From Obrimoposthia wandeli (lineage: Eukaryota), in assembly GCA_977020255.1 (NCBI GenBank), contig CDROCS010005497.1, forward strand, positions 1-64,000: a DNA stretch of 64,000 bases, in the 5' to 3' direction. The translations under genes and the position numbers were made by a program. Below, in pieces: positions 27,237 through 38,674 of this stretch (its first letter is position 1; every line of letters starts with the position of its first letter). The notes under the pieces are model-generated. The model saw only the letters and a program-made list of their open reading frames with translations, searched no databases and was not told the DNA's origin.

Positions 27237-30200
27237 TATCTTTTATTAGTGCAGGTGTTCCCACATTGATCAAGTGATCCCATGGACTATATATTGGAAT
27301 AACACTTCTAGAGTCATCCCATGCTCTTAAGAACATACTCTGATCCTGTACTGTGTCAAAATCCACTAAAAACGACTGACCTAGAACTGCAAGTGAGGCA
27401 TTAAGGGGATGACCAGTTGTCATATCTGTAAGTACTTTCTGAATTCTCTTCGTATACTTAGTAAACATAATTGGTCCCATCTTATTTAAGTACTCTTCCC
27501 CTCTTGATGAAGGTTTGTCATAGTTTATAAAAGCATTAAGTAAGGCGTTATGTCTTTGCACTTTAGCCAGACTTAAAAATACTTTCTTTTCACGGCCAGT
27601 CATGGCATCAGGTACTCTGCTACCTTTTAGTACTCCCTGTGTAAGTTCTTGTGTAACTACACCTTTTAGAGGACCTACATACCCATCTACCTTAGCAGAT
27701 GCTAATTCATCTAACCACCAAGTAGGCACTCTCTTTCCACCTTTAACTACATCTTTCTCTTGAAGTTTCAACTTTCTATTCATCACATCTCTCGCAATTA
27801 AATCAGACATCTGCAATACTTCTTGATTAAATTGATACCACTTAGTATTCTCTGTTAAGAACATGATATCAGTCCCATACTTTACAAATCCAGGAGCTTT
27901 AGCCATCTTATCCTCTACAATCTTCTTCCACTTATTAGTACTTCGTAAGTCTGCAGTATCTACATCTTCAACTAACGCCTGATAAAGTCCTAGTTCCATC
28001 AATTCATTAATTTCACTCTTCTTCATCTGAATTCCAAGTAACTTCAACTCAGCACTCTCTTTTCTACTAAGTATACCAGAACTTTTCTTAATCTCTAAAG
28101 CATAAGCTCTTCTGTGATCTTTAATATACCTTCTAGTATCTTGAAAACTCTCAGTATACATCTTCAGTAATGTAATAGGACTTGTCCCTGTCATTACCGC
28201 ATATAAGAAGTTACTCACAATATTCTGTACAAGTACGAAAGGCATCTTCATCAAGATATTAGTCTTAACTATCTTCATCATTTCCATCCACATACCCTCC
28301 GCCATCTTAATCAATGACCTAAGTACTTGTGGAGTTACTTTCTCTAGTCCAGGAATATCAGTAATACTTAGATGCTTATAACCAAAGTATGCGTGTTGTA
28401 GTGTTGCTGGAACAGCTAATACTTTATCATCTCTATCATAAGCTGCTTGCTTAAACATATGAGGCAACATATCAAATATCTCTTTCATCTTTGGATCAGA
28501 AACGTTAGGTCCAACAGTAACATACTCAGTCTTCATATCTATACCAACATTACTCCCAGGCTTATAGTTATTAGCCATATCATCCAATATAGTCTGTAAA
28601 ACTTGAGTATTATGCTCATCAGTATAAACTTTATCTTCAACAGTACCATAAGATCTTCCAACAACCTCCCCAATAGTAGTATCTTGGTTTAATAAAGACT
28701 TCTTAGCTTTCTTATCCATCATATATCTATAATCAACAGTGTTACCTTCATCATCAATAATAGGAGCTACTCCAGTCTCTATATTATCTGGATTATAAGT
28801 ACCATTAACCATTTTAGCAGCTTCTTTCCTACTAAGCTCATCAAAGATAATCTTCTGTCTTTCACCTCTTTCTTGAGAGTAATTTCCTTGACCTGAAGAG
28901 TATAGTTCTTTAAGTGAAGTACCTTTAGCACCTTTCTTATTAAGTCTTACAGCAGTCCTTAATCTCTCACTAACCTCAAACGATTTAGTCACATATAAGC
29001 TCATTTCTTTAGGCCTATTCTCCGCAGAATGTGTATTAAGTACTTTCTTCCATTCATACCCTGCAGCTTCCATCTTCGCTCTTTCAGAAGTAGGAGCTAC
29101 TTGCATAGTCATAGTATCATCAAATAATTCTCTACTATATCCTTTAACAAAGTGAGTAGTATTACCATCAAACAACTTCTTTCTAGACTGATTAACAAAT
29201 CCTCTCGCAATCCTAACAGTATTCGTAACAGCCTCTGGATCCTTGTCATACAACTCTTTAAACGCTTTCTTTTGCCTAGTATCAGTATTCTCTAGTGCAG
29301 TTAACGTAGCTATATCATCAATCAATCTCATAACTGCTTTATTAGCTTTTCTTCTCATTCCACTATGTACTCCTCTAGCAATAGTATAAGAATTAAAGTT
29401 CTGAGCTAACGAAGCAGCACCAGTAGCCATATAAAACCCAAGTCCATGTGCTTGATTAGTGTTCCAGTTATAGTTATCTTTATCTGCTAATAATAATTGA
29501 TGCTTTACTCGTCCAATCTCAGTCCGTAGCTTATCTTTATCTAATAGCATATCTTTAATCTTCTTAGCTGTATACCTATCCCAAATACCTTGTATATCCG
29601 TATCTAAGATAACTGCTGTCATAGCTTCTTCTTCATACTTTGTAGGTAATTCTTTGAACTTATGTAACAGATTACCCTTAGCAGCCTGAATATACGCCAT
29701 TCTAGATGCATCAATCTTACTTGCAGCTAATCCTAGCCATTCAACAGCTTTCTCCATATCCGTAGCTTCAGTAAAGTCCCTAAGAACATTTCTAATCAGC
29801 CCTTCTGGCTGAATGCCAATCGTAGTAGCTACCATACCTGCAATAGCTCTATAATTACTATTAGTTGACATTCTCCACATACTTCTAGCTAGCCACATAG
29901 CTTTCTGTACCTTACTATCATTAGGCATTTTACCTACAGGCTTATCATCCTTAATATACTTAGTAAAGATCCCGTGCAACTTCTCAGCAATAGCATCATC
30001 AATATCATTAATAACATTCATCACAGCATCACTAATTCCACCCTTGTACGCTAGCTCAATATTCTTCTTAGTATTTATCTCTCCAAGTTTCCATGTTAAA
30101 TCCAATACTTGCTCATAAGCTGTTCGATTTCTCTCACTAAACTTATAATTACCTAGAATAGTGTTAACTACATCTTCAAAGAAGTTAGCTATCTTATCTC

Positions 30201-31320
30201 TCCAATTTTCACCAGTACGTGTATTTTTAAGAGGAACTCTAGCCAACTTAGCCATCAATTCTTTATTCGTAAGTGCATGAGCAATAAACTCATCAAGAGC
30301 AGTATCCCCTTCAAACACATACTTATACCTAGCTCTAGCCGCTTTTTCTTCTTCAACAGGGTCAATACTTACTTCAGGAAGGAAAGTTTTCCAATTAAGT
30401 CCATCCAGTAGTGCTTCTCTCATAACATAATCAAGCTCTCGTTTAAGTTTATTAGCTTCAGGTAACCCACTATTTAATGCCCACTGAATCATAGTATGTA
30501 TAACTTCATGAGAGTACGTCTCTGCTTCACTCATTTGGTTACCATATGCCTTAGGAGAGTTATTAGTTGTAATACCTACTCTACTACTCTGTACAATCCC
30601 CATCGGATCTCTTTGAGCACCTTCTTTTATAAATAAAGTCATCTTTTCAAAAAACTCTGGACTCATCTTACCAAGTAAGCCTTTAAGGTACTTCACATGT
30701 CCTACATCTTCTTTCTTACCACCTAACTCATGAATAGTGTCCAACATATTTTGCATATTACTAATATTACCTATTAAGTTATGCTCAACTCTATCAGCAT
30801 TCTCCCAGTCAAAAGGGTTAGCTTTTCCTTCTTTAGTGTTACCATAAGCCTCAATATGTTCTTCTAAGTTCCTAGAAGTATACTCTCCCATTCCCCTAAC
30901 AACAACATATTTTCCAGACTCTGTCTGAGTACTTCTATCTTGTCCCATAAGAAACTTCCAAGTCCCTTTATTAGTCACAACCTTAATATACTCTCCATCA
31001 CTAGTTACATTCTTAATAACTTGATTTTGAACAGAGTTACTCCCATTAAATGCAACAGGAATAGTTGTACCAAACTCTTGACGTAAAGTATTAGCTAATT
31101 CATTATCAACCATAGACTCATACTGAGCAATAACAGCATCCACTGCTTCTTCATCTTTAGCTTTTGTAGCTTGAGAAAGCTCTTTAAGAGTACTCATTGA
31201 CTCTTCTACACTTACTCCATTATCATCTACAGTGATGCCATCATCTAGCATCTCCTGTAATCTTTTGTACTCATTACTTATTTCTTCATTAATGCTTGAC
31301 AGTGAACAACTGTTACCCAT
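27217..31320 (-). CDS. large virion (ejected) protein with zincin-like HExxH motif; resembles the C-terminal third of N4-type vRNAP polyproteins
   Basis: 1367 aa; ETYSHEVIH...DEFIAHALTN; own AAGGA RBS; starts 19 nt after the vRNAP-like gene. Confidence 0.6.
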   Translation of the reverse strand: MGNSCSLSSINEEISNEYKRLQEMLDDGITVDDNGVSVEESMSTLKELSQATKAKDEEAVDAVIAQYESMVDNELANTLRQEFGTTIPVAFNGSNSVQNQVIKNVTSDGEYIKVVTNKGTWKFLMGQDRSTQTESGKYVVVRGMGEYTSRNLEEHIEAYGNTKEGKANPFDWENADRVEHNLIGNISNMQNMLDTIHELGGKKEDVGHVKYLKGLLGKMSPEFFEKMTLFIKEGAQRDPMGIVQSSRVGITTNNSPKAYGNQMSEAETYSHEVIHTMIQWALNSGLPEANKLKRELDYVMREALLDGLNWKTFLPEVSIDPVEEEKAARARYKYVFEGDTALDEFIAHALTNKELMAKLARVPLKNTRTGENWRDKIANFFEDVVNTILGNYKFSERNRTAYEQVLDLTWKLGEINTKKNIELAYKGGISDAVMNVINDIDDAIAEKLHGIFTKYIKDDKPVGKMPNDSKVQKAMWLARSMWRMSTNSNYRAIAGMVATTIGIQPEGLIRNVLRDFTEATDMEKAVEWLGLAASKIDASRMAYIQAAKGNLLHKFKELPTKYEEEAMTAVILDTDIQGIWDRYTAKKIKDMLLDKDKLRTEIGRVKHQLLLADKDNYNWNTNQAHGLGFYMATGAASLAQNFNSYTIARGVHSGMRRKANKAVMRLIDDIATLTALENTDTRQKKAFKELYDKDPEAVTNTVRIARGFVNQSRKKLFDGNTTHFVKGYSRELFDDTMTMQVAPTSERAKMEAAGYEWKKVLNTHSAENRPKEMSLYVTKSFEVSERLRTAVRLNKKGAKGTSLKELYSSGQGNYSQERGERQKIIFDELSRKEAAKMVNGTYNPDNIETGVAPIIDDEGNTVDYRYMMDKKAKKSLLNQDTTIGEVVGRSYGTVEDKVYTDEHNTQVLQTILDDMANNYKPGSNVGIDMKTEYVTVGPNVSDPKMKEIFDMLPHMFKQAAYDRDDKVLAVPATLQHAYFGYKHLSITDIPGLEKVTPQVLRSLIKMAEGMWMEMMKIVKTNILMKMPFVLVQNIVSNFLYAVMTGTSPITLLKMYTESFQDTRRYIKDHRRAYALEIKKSSGILSRKESAELKLLGIQMKKSEINELMELGLYQALVEDVDTADLRSTNKWKKIVEDKMAKAPGFVKYGTDIMFLTENTKWYQFNQEVLQMSDLIARDVMNRKLKLQEKDVVKGGKRVPTWWLDELASAKVDGYVGPLKGVVTQELTQGVLKGSRVPDAMTGREKKVFLSLAKVQRHNALLNAFINYDKPSSRGEEYLNKMGPIMFTKYTKRIQKVLTDMTTGHPLNASLAVLGQSFLVDFDTVQDQSMFLRAWDDSRSVIPIYSPWDHLINVGTPALIKDTTYRLY

Positions 31321-31338
31321 ACTTACATCCTTTTATCT

Positions 31339-32613
31339 TTATTGTTTACAGATCTTAATCTTATTAATTACATTCCCTATTGTAGCATCATTTCCTTTAG
31401 AAGCAGCTTTAGCAGTCTTAGGAGGTACCTTAGCTAACTCCTTTAGGACAACTTCAACGTCACTTCCATAGTTTGCTTGAAATTGATTATCATCTGCACT
31501 TAATGGTTCACCTGTTGCTATCTTAGTGGCAACTTTACTCGCCATACTTTTTCTTTCTGCTACAGTCATCTCTCTCCCATTGTCAGGAGTTGTTGCTTCT
31601 TCAGTAGTCCCAACCTCATAAACACTTTCAGGACTTCCAGCAGCATGCATAATAACAGCTCCTTCACTCTCGATAGTATTAAATAACTCAGTTCTTCTGG
31701 CCTGTACTTCTATATTTAGCTTAGTAATACCTTCAAGTGCTCTATTAAAATAATCACTTATCTTTAAAGAAACATCCTCTCCAAGCTCTTTATCATAAAC
31801 TTTAATCACAACATCATAAGCTTTGTTACCTTCAATCTCTGAAGCTACACTAGCCAACTTATCTTGAATACTCTGAATAATACTATACTCTTTGTTTACA
31901 TTAAAGAATCCCTTATTATATCCCTGTACAGCTTTGTCAGCATAAACTAATGGAGGCATAATAGCATCATGGATAACTGTCATACCCATTCCATTAACAT
32001 TTCCAATTGTAGCCGCTATAAGCGAGCCATCAATGTAATGTGTAGGAATAACAGAACCAGCACTAACTGCTGCTGCAAATTCTTTCATCTTGATAGATGC
32101 ATTACTAGTCTTACCAGTTAATCCAGTCTTCTTAACTTTATCAGTATTGATTAATGTATTAACTTTACCACTTCCATCTAACACAGAAGCTTCACTTACA
32201 ATATCAATTCCGTCTAACTCACCTTCCGAAAACGGTGCCTTAATTCCTGGAAACTTACTCTTAAGAGCTTTAACAATATCCATATGATCTTGTGTAGATA
32301 CATACCCATTCTTCTGACTGGCAGCTTCAAACATAGCTTGATACTCTACGTTATATACAGCAAACATAGCCTTAAAGGACTCATTTACCTTTTCTTGTGC
32401 TTCAATATATGGTCCAAACTGTTTAGTTAAGATACTTTCCATTTGTACCCCATACGACATGTCAATTAAATGCCCCAGGTAGTCATCTAAAGTCTCAAAC
32501 TGAGAGTTACCAGTCTTAATATCTTCAGGCTTAGTAGTTCTTATAGCTTTCTTAAGCCCTTCTAAGTCTGTTATCTTTTTTCCTTTAACAGTTAGATCTA
32601 GTTCATGTATCAT
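31339..32613 (-). CDS. virion RNA polymerase-like protein, C-terminal catalytic segment (T7-family motif C)
   Basis: IPTHYIDGSLI and TVIHDAI align with T7 RNAP PNFVHSQDGSHL / LIHDSF; continuation of the upstream gene across a frameshifted gap. Confidence 0.75.
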   Translation of the reverse strand: MIHELDLTVKGKKITDLEGLKKAIRTTKPEDIKTGNSQFETLDDYLGHLIDMSYGVQMESILTKQFGPYIEAQEKVNESFKAMFAVYNVEYQAMFEAASQKNGYVSTQDHMDIVKALKSKFPGIKAPFSEGELDGIDIVSEASVLDGSGKVNTLINTDKVKKTGLTGKTSNASIKMKEFAAAVSAGSVIPTHYIDGSLIAATIGNVNGMGMTVIHDAIMPPLVYADKAVQGYNKGFFNVNKEYSIIQSIQDKLASVASEIEGNKAYDVVIKVYDKELGEDVSLKISDYFNRALEGITKLNIEVQARRTELFNTIESEGAVIMHAAGSPESVYEVGTTEEATTPDNGREMTVAERKSMASKVATKIATGEPLSADDNQFQANYGSDVEVVLKELAKVPPKTAKAASKGNDATIGNVINKIKICKQ

Positions 32614-33522
32614 AGTTATAGCTAGAGCCTCATTAATATCACCTTTCTCAGACTTAAGAATACCTTTAGCACTGTTAAGTCATAGCTACCATTAATTGCT
32701 GTAACATCATGAAATAAAGACCAGTAAAGGATATTTAAATAATGTTCTAAGAGCACTAGATATTCCACCGTCAGAATCTTTCTATAATACATCTTTGGAG
32801 TTTTCCTTAGGATCTTCTGTTGAGTTATCTACTTAACTTAACTTCTTCTTTGAGGTCTTCTGATTATTGCTACTTCAGTTCTAATTTGTGAACTTTAACA
32901 TCTATGCTTGGTAGTTATCTTGCAACGACTTAGCATCACTTCTTCCCAGCAATATCATTCATACCTTGAGTTAATCGCTTGCATACTTGTATCTAAGAAC
33001 TTTTCACCAGTCCATAACTTTCATAAATACCATGCAATTCTGATAGTCTCTCCTAGAATAGGAATCTGTAATAATTTATTAGCAAACTGATAAATCGCAT
33101 CGCTACCTGTTAGTTGCAATGTGCTGCCTTCACTTTTCATACTCTCTGTATTGATCTTTGCACACAACATCAACGTCTGTAACATATGTGCAAAATGTTC
33201 TACTTTATACTTATGCTTAATTCCATCAATTTCTAATTTAATCTCTCCATCTTTAATAAGAGCTTCTTCTAATTTAGCAAGACTTTCAGTGTCACCATTA
33301 ACTGCCATCATCACAATCATAATGTACAATTTGATAGAAGCAAGTTTTCTTTGATCAATGTAAATCAATACCTTGAAAATAGCATACTGCATTTGTTTAG
33401 TAACATCTACAGATCCCTTACGAGTATCTCCAGGCTGCGTAACCCATTCAGTAGCCTCAACAGTTATATCTTTACCATTCTTCTTTAATCGTATAAATCA
33501 TTTATATGGCTGTATAATAAAT
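32614..33522 (-). pseudogene. frameshift-riddled middle segment of the vRNAP-like gene (probable assembly errors)
   Basis: Fragments such as SDAI..FANKLLQIPILG (motif A-like) appear in changing frames; no RBS-defined genes. Confidence 0.6.
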
Positions 33523-34857
33523 TCATGAAGCAGTATTAGTTTGAGGATCTATAATACTATCAATAAAGTATCTACCATTCTTACTAAAGAAGTATTCAAA
33601 GTAAAGCTTCTTATCTTCAGTACTCTTATCTTTTATATCTTCTGATAAAGCTAAAAGCTCATTTAAAGCTTTCTCAATATCTCTATTCTTACCATCTTGT
33701 ACTTCAACTTCAGCTGCAGTCATATCTTCAATAGCTTCAGGTATACTAACATCAACCCAACCTAATCTAGTTATAAGGCTATCAAGATCAGTAGTAGCTA
33801 GCTCAGCAACTCTGTCTACCATTCTACCAACACTTTTCCACTCAGTGCCCATTAACGCTTCCATAGTCTCCTGAGAGGCTTTTGGAACCTCATTAGCAGT
33901 CTTATTTTTTCTAATACTAGAAGCTTTCTTCTTAATAGTTTTCTTACTTAATTTAGTCTCACTTGGACCTTTCCTAGTAGTTGTAGTAACAGGAAGGTGC
34001 TCAACAACATCATTAAAGTCTTCAACTAAAGGATCAACAACTTTATTAGTTCTAGTAAATCCATCAGAAACATCTTCTGCAGATACTTTTACAAATGTTA
34101 TAAAACCTTGTCCAGCTTTGTTCTCTGTGCCTAATACAACTTCACTGTACTTAACAGTAGTAACAGACTGATCAAATGTCAACTTACCCTCAACAGCTGC
34201 ACCAATAATAGCCATGTTGGCTAAATCAGTAATAACTCTTGGGAATGCATTCATGTCAACACCAGTCTTAGCTCCACTAATTCCAAGATGTCCTGCAATA
34301 GACTTACTAACCATATCTGTCATAGTACTCTTAAGCATACCTTTATCACCAATAAGCTTTCTAGTCCCTTTGTTAATTCTATCTAGTCCAAGCATCTGCT
34401 TAAGCTCGTCATCACTCTTAAAGCCATCTTTAAGCATCTTAGTGTTAAATGCAATCATTTCGTCTAACGCTAGTTTCATAGCTAATGCTACGTTCTCGTT
34501 AATAGTCCCTTCAGTATCAAACAACAATGCTCGACCCGGAGAGTTAATAAACGTATATTCACCACCTTCAGTAAAATACTTCTCACCATTAGCTCTTACC
34601 TTCTCACCTGGCTCAACTCTACTCTCTAGTCCACTATAAATCTCTTCATAAGTCTTTAAAGTCTCTTGCATATATCTATCAACAGTACTTCCAAGTAATT
34701 CATAGGGAACAGTATTAAGCGTAGTTGCAGAAGTAACTTTAACTACTTTCTTAATAGCAGAAACTGGTTGCACCCACCAACAAACTTTCCCTACCTTTCT
34801 TACCTGACTAACTCTTTGCCAAAGTATCAGTCCCAACATACTGAGTCTCAACGTCAT
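33523..34857 (-). CDS. virion RNA polymerase-like protein, internal segment
   Basis: YFEYFFSKNGRYFIDSIIDPQ matches the T7-family (D/K)xxGR..NPQ motif; N-terminal ~20 aa of the track ORF are out-of-frame artefact. Confidence 0.7.
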   Translation of the reverse strand: MTLRLSMLGLILWQRVSQVRKVGKVCWWVQPVSAIKKVVKVTSATTLNTVPYELLGSTVDRYMQETLKTYEEIYSGLESRVEPGEKVRANGEKYFTEGGEYTFINSPGRALLFDTEGTINENVALAMKLALDEMIAFNTKMLKDGFKSDDELKQMLGLDRINKGTRKLIGDKGMLKSTMTDMVSKSIAGHLGISGAKTGVDMNAFPRVITDLANMAIIGAAVEGKLTFDQSVTTVKYSEVVLGTENKAGQGFITFVKVSAEDVSDGFTRTNKVVDPLVEDFNDVVEHLPVTTTTRKGPSETKLSKKTIKKKASSIRKNKTANEVPKASQETMEALMGTEWKSVGRMVDRVAELATTDLDSLITRLGWVDVSIPEAIEDMTAAEVEVQDGKNRDIEKALNELLALSEDIKDKSTEDKKLYFEYFFSKNGRYFIDSIIDPQTNTAS

Positions 34858-37800
34858 TACTTGGACTATTATTAATAATATCTGTCATAATAGTCTTCTC
34901 AGTAATACCATTAGCATTTTCTAAATCCGCCTTGGCTCTAGTATCAGCCTTGTGCCCTGCAGACTCTGTAGCTAACTCTAACGCTTCTTTATACTCTTCC
35001 ATAAACTGATCAGCATCTGCTGACTGTAAATCATAAGTAGCCATAGCATTATCAAGTAATTCTTTAAGGCCTTCTGAGGCACTTGCATAATCTGCTGTGT
35101 AATCAGCAGTAGGGTTATAAGTTTCCATATAAGCTTTTACAGCATTATCAGTCTGTGTATTACCGTGTCTAAGCACTCTTTCTCTCGAAGTACTCTTCTC
35201 TGTCTCAGGGAAATACTCAGTAACAAATCCAATAGCTACCTCTAATGCTTTCTCTGTCTTAGGAGTATTAAGTACTTTATGATTTTGATACGCATCTAGA
35301 AATTTCTTCTTAGAATTCTTTTCTTTAGCTTCAAAGTTAGCCTTAGCTTTCTTCTTCTCAACAACCTCAGCGTTACCTGCTTCAACTAAATCTTTTCTTC
35401 TAAACGTTTGCTTAACATCTCCAGCTTCGCTCTCAATCTCAAGTCCTTTCTTAAAGCTCATCAGCAAGTTAATTGCAGCATTAACATCTGCAGATGGCTT
35501 CTCATTAGCAAATGCTATAGTAGCTCCTGCTTTTAAAGCCTTTACAATTGTATTCTGAATCTCCTTACTTGGTAGAGTCTTACCTTTATAACTACCTGTT
35601 AAGTCATTAGAGTTTATATCCATAAGTACTACATCATCCTCAGTAAATGCAATATCTGCACTAGCACTCGAACTATACGCTACGCTAGGATTACCCTTAG
35701 CAATTTTACCTGCAGTTCCAGTCTTAGAAGTTCCTGCATTAGTAATAACCTTAGTAGGCTTTACTTTATCAAACCTCTTCTTCTGATCCTTATTTAGTCC
35801 TCCTGGATCTACCATAGTACCTTCAGTACCGAATACTTTAGTATCTAGTCCTTCGTTACCTTTAGATAGTGCAATAAGCTCATCAACAAACTGCTTAGCC
35901 TCTAAACCCCTACTTCTCTTATCTTCAATAATATCCATAGATTTCTGAGATACTTGCCACTTGCCATTTTTACCTTTAACAATGTCAATAAAAGCTTTAG
36001 CTTCAATACCATTTACAGAAGTATACTTAACTTCTCGTCTTAGCCTACCTTCTCCTATTTTAGTACCTTTAGGGGCAATACCTGTCGAGTTGGCTCCAGC
36101 AATATCTTGATTAGCAGTAACTAGTGCTGCTCCAAATGCCTTAACAGCAATAGTAGTTGTGTCTGATAGTCTCTTTAAGTTACTTACATTCTTTTTAATC
36201 TTCTTAATATCAGGATTATCTGAACTAAACAACCTCTTAGCTTCTCTAAAGTAACTATTTGCGCCTCTCCGACTTTCAGTTGCTTCCTCTTTTACAGACT
36301 CAAAATCTTTCTTAAGCTTTGCAAATTTAGCCTTAGTAACACCATTCTTATTAGCAATCTTTTCAAGATTAATAGTAAGCTTCTTTCTATTAGTGTTAGC
36401 ATCAGCACCTTCAAAGGCACCTCTAATCATATCTTCAGCATTAGCTGCACTACCAAAAGTAGGTAAATCATCATCAGTAACATTCTCAGCTAACTTAGTA
36501 ATAGCTGCCTTAGAGTTCTGTAACCCTTTTCTAGCTAAGTCAATAGTTTCACTATTACCTTCTTTCTCAAGTCTTTCTAAAATATCTTCAGCTTGTGCTA
36601 TGTTGTCTAATTGTAAGTCAACATCTTTAATATCAACATCCATAGTTTTAATAGCATCTTTAACAAATGTTTTTTCATCTTCAGTAACTACATCAGCAAC
36701 CTCTTCAGAATTCATATCTGGGGTAACTGTCTCAGCAGTAGCTTTCTTAGTCTTCATAGCTGGCATTTTAGACTTAGGAGTAGCATCTATTACATCTTTA
36801 GCAGACTTAATACCTTCTACACCAACTCTAATACCTCCACCAGCAATACCACCACCAACAAACGATGTACCTAGAGCATCTAAGTTCTCTTCTGTCATAA
36901 TATCTTGTTGACCAAGTTGTGTAGTAAATATTCTCTGACCATCTTGGAATATCTCTTGTGTGCCTTCTTCAAGGATAGCTTTACCAACTCTTCCAACTTT
37001 ATCAGTAGCATATTTGTACGCCTGCTTACCAACAGCAGTAGGAACAAACTTCTTAATAGAATCAAACGCTGTGTCTACAATCTTGTAAGCCTCATCAACG
37101 CCCTCTGCAATAGACCCAATTCCTTTATAGTTACGATTAATAACAACCTTATCAACAGCAATTGAGATAGCTTCTCCAAGAAGAATAGAGCTCATTCTAC
37201 CAGTAGTTATTTCACCTCCTGCAATTTCTTCAGCTTCTTTCTTAGCTTGAGCTACATTACCACTATATACTGCAACAGTAGTTACAGGATTAGATAATGC
37301 AACCATTTGTGGAGCAGACTCAAGTATCAACGATAAAGCACCTTCAACAGTAACATTATCAAGAGCTTGTAAAACATTACCCTGTTTTAATTCTCCCCAT
37401 ACTGCTTTAGCTGTTTCTCCACCTTTCTCATCATACCCTATATATTCTGCAGCATTATGATTTACAAACTCTCCTCTCTTACTAAGGAATTCCCCCGCTT
37501 GAGACAAAGATTTATTTATTGCATACCTAAAGTCAGAAACATTCTCTCCGAACTTATCATTTAATCTCTTATCTTCTCTATCAAGAAAGCCTTTATCTGC
37601 TTTAGCAAGAGCTTTTAATGACTCTCCAAATCCTTCCTGAGCTAATCCCCAAGATGTCACAAGTCCATACTGTAATGCATCAATAGGATTACTCTCAGAC
37701 ATGCTATCTGCATTAAATTTATCTTCATTATTAAGAGTTGAACCAGTTTTTCTTTTATCTAAAGTTCCCCATCCATTTTGAGCACCAGGCTCATCTCTAT

Positions 37801-38566
37801 ACATCGCTAGGACGTCTCTAGAAGGCTTTTCCATTTCAGCCTTAGAAGTATTAGAAGTATCTCCAAGTAAGCCTTCTAGACTATTGTAATACTCACTAAC
37901 ACCACTTGCCTTACTTAATGCCTCATTGCTAAGATAATCTTTATTTCTTCTGTTTTCTAATGCACCTTTTCTACCATGCATTGCACCTTCAAGAGCAGTT
38001 GCGATTTCATAAGGAAGTCTAACATCAAGATGTTTTTTATTAATATCTACACCATCATCGCCAGAGTCCCAGCCATAGCCATTCTTCCCAACTTTATACC
38101 CTTCAGCTTCAGCTTTACCAGGAATATACCTATACTCAGCCCCAGGAAGATCTCCTCTAGCAAGTCCAAACTTTACAGCATCACTGTCCCCTTTAGTTCC
38201 AAAAAGGTAAGCTCTTCTAGTATCCTTATCTTCTCCAAAGAATTCTTGCTTATGCTCACCATACCCTTGATAAGTCTTACCTTCTTCTTCATAGATAGAG
38301 TGTTTTGATATGGCATCCGAAAGCATAGTTTGAGCATCCATATCAGACATATCATTCCATATTTTATTTGCATTACTCTCTACTGTACCGCTTGGCATAA
38401 TCGTGTAGCCATCTGTTAAGTTTTCATATTGATTGTTATCACCAAGTCGAGCCAGTTTTTCGTCTCGTCTGGTATGTAGTCTATCAAGCCGAAGTGTTTC
38501 ATCCGTTCCAGCATCTGTTGATACCTCATTTGATAGTAATTCATTAAGTCCGTCGTAGATTCCCAT
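34808..38566 (-). CDS. virion RNA polymerase-like protein, N-terminal segment
   Basis: GGAG RBS before ATG 38566 (MGIYDGL); long low-complexity virion-protein-like ORF with hydrophobic GGGIAGGG region; continues by frameshift into 33523-34857. Confidence 0.65.
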   Translation of the reverse strand: MGIYDGLNELLSNEVSTDAGTDETLRLDRLHTRRDEKLARLGDNNQYENLTDGYTIMPSGTVESNANKIWNDMSDMDAQTMLSDAISKHSIYEEEGKTYQGYGEHKQEFFGEDKDTRRAYLFGTKGDSDAVKFGLARGDLPGAEYRYIPGKAEAEGYKVGKNGYGWDSGDDGVDINKKHLDVRLPYEIATALEGAMHGRKGALENRRNKDYLSNEALSKASGVSEYYNSLEGLLGDTSNTSKAEMEKPSRDVLAMYRDEPGAQNGWGTLDKRKTGSTLNNEDKFNADSMSESNPIDALQYGLVTSWGLAQEGFGESLKALAKADKGFLDREDKRLNDKFGENVSDFRYAINKSLSQAGEFLSKRGEFVNHNAAEYIGYDEKGGETAKAVWGELKQGNVLQALDNVTVEGALSLILESAPQMVALSNPVTTVAVYSGNVAQAKKEAEEIAGGEITTGRMSSILLGEAISIAVDKVVINRNYKGIGSIAEGVDEAYKIVDTAFDSIKKFVPTAVGKQAYKYATDKVGRVGKAILEEGTQEIFQDGQRIFTTQLGQQDIMTEENLDALGTSFVGGGIAGGGIRVGVEGIKSAKDVIDATPKSKMPAMKTKKATAETVTPDMNSEEVADVVTEDEKTFVKDAIKTMDVDIKDVDLQLDNIAQAEDILERLEKEGNSETIDLARKGLQNSKAAITKLAENVTDDDLPTFGSAANAEDMIRGAFEGADANTNRKKLTINLEKIANKNGVTKAKFAKLKKDFESVKEEATESRRGANSYFREAKRLFSSDNPDIKKIKKNVSNLKRLSDTTTIAVKAFGAALVTANQDIAGANSTGIAPKGTKIGEGRLRREVKYTSVNGIEAKAFIDIVKGKNGKWQVSQKSMDIIEDKRSRGLEAKQFVDELIALSKGNEGLDTKVFGTEGTMVDPGGLNKDQKKRFDKVKPTKVITNAGTSKTGTAGKIAKGNPSVAYSSSASADIAFTEDDVVLMDINSNDLTGSYKGKTLPSKEIQNTIVKALKAGATIAFANEKPSADVNAAINLLMSFKKGLEIESEAGDVKQTFRRKDLVEAGNAEVVEKKKAKANFEAKEKNSKKKFLDAYQNHKVLNTPKTEKALEVAIGFVTEYFPETEKSTSRERVLRHGNTQTDNAVKAYMETYNPTADYTADYASASEGLKELLDNAMATYDLQSADADQFMEEYKEALELATESAGHKADTRAKADLENANGITEKTIMTDIINNSPSNDVETQYVGTDTLAKS

Positions 38567-38595
38567 AAGTTCTCCATTTTCTATTATTATTTCTA

Positions 38596-38604
38596 ATAAT
38601 AACA
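38596..38604 (-). promoter_or_regulatory. extended -10-like promoter TGTTATTAT upstream of the vRNAP gene
   Basis: Same TGnTATTAT form as 40771-40779. Confidence 0.4.
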
Positions 38605-38674
38605 TAATAGGCCTTTATGTTAGCTTTAGGGGCTAACAAGGAATCTACTTGGTTACAGACATCCGAGAGGATGC

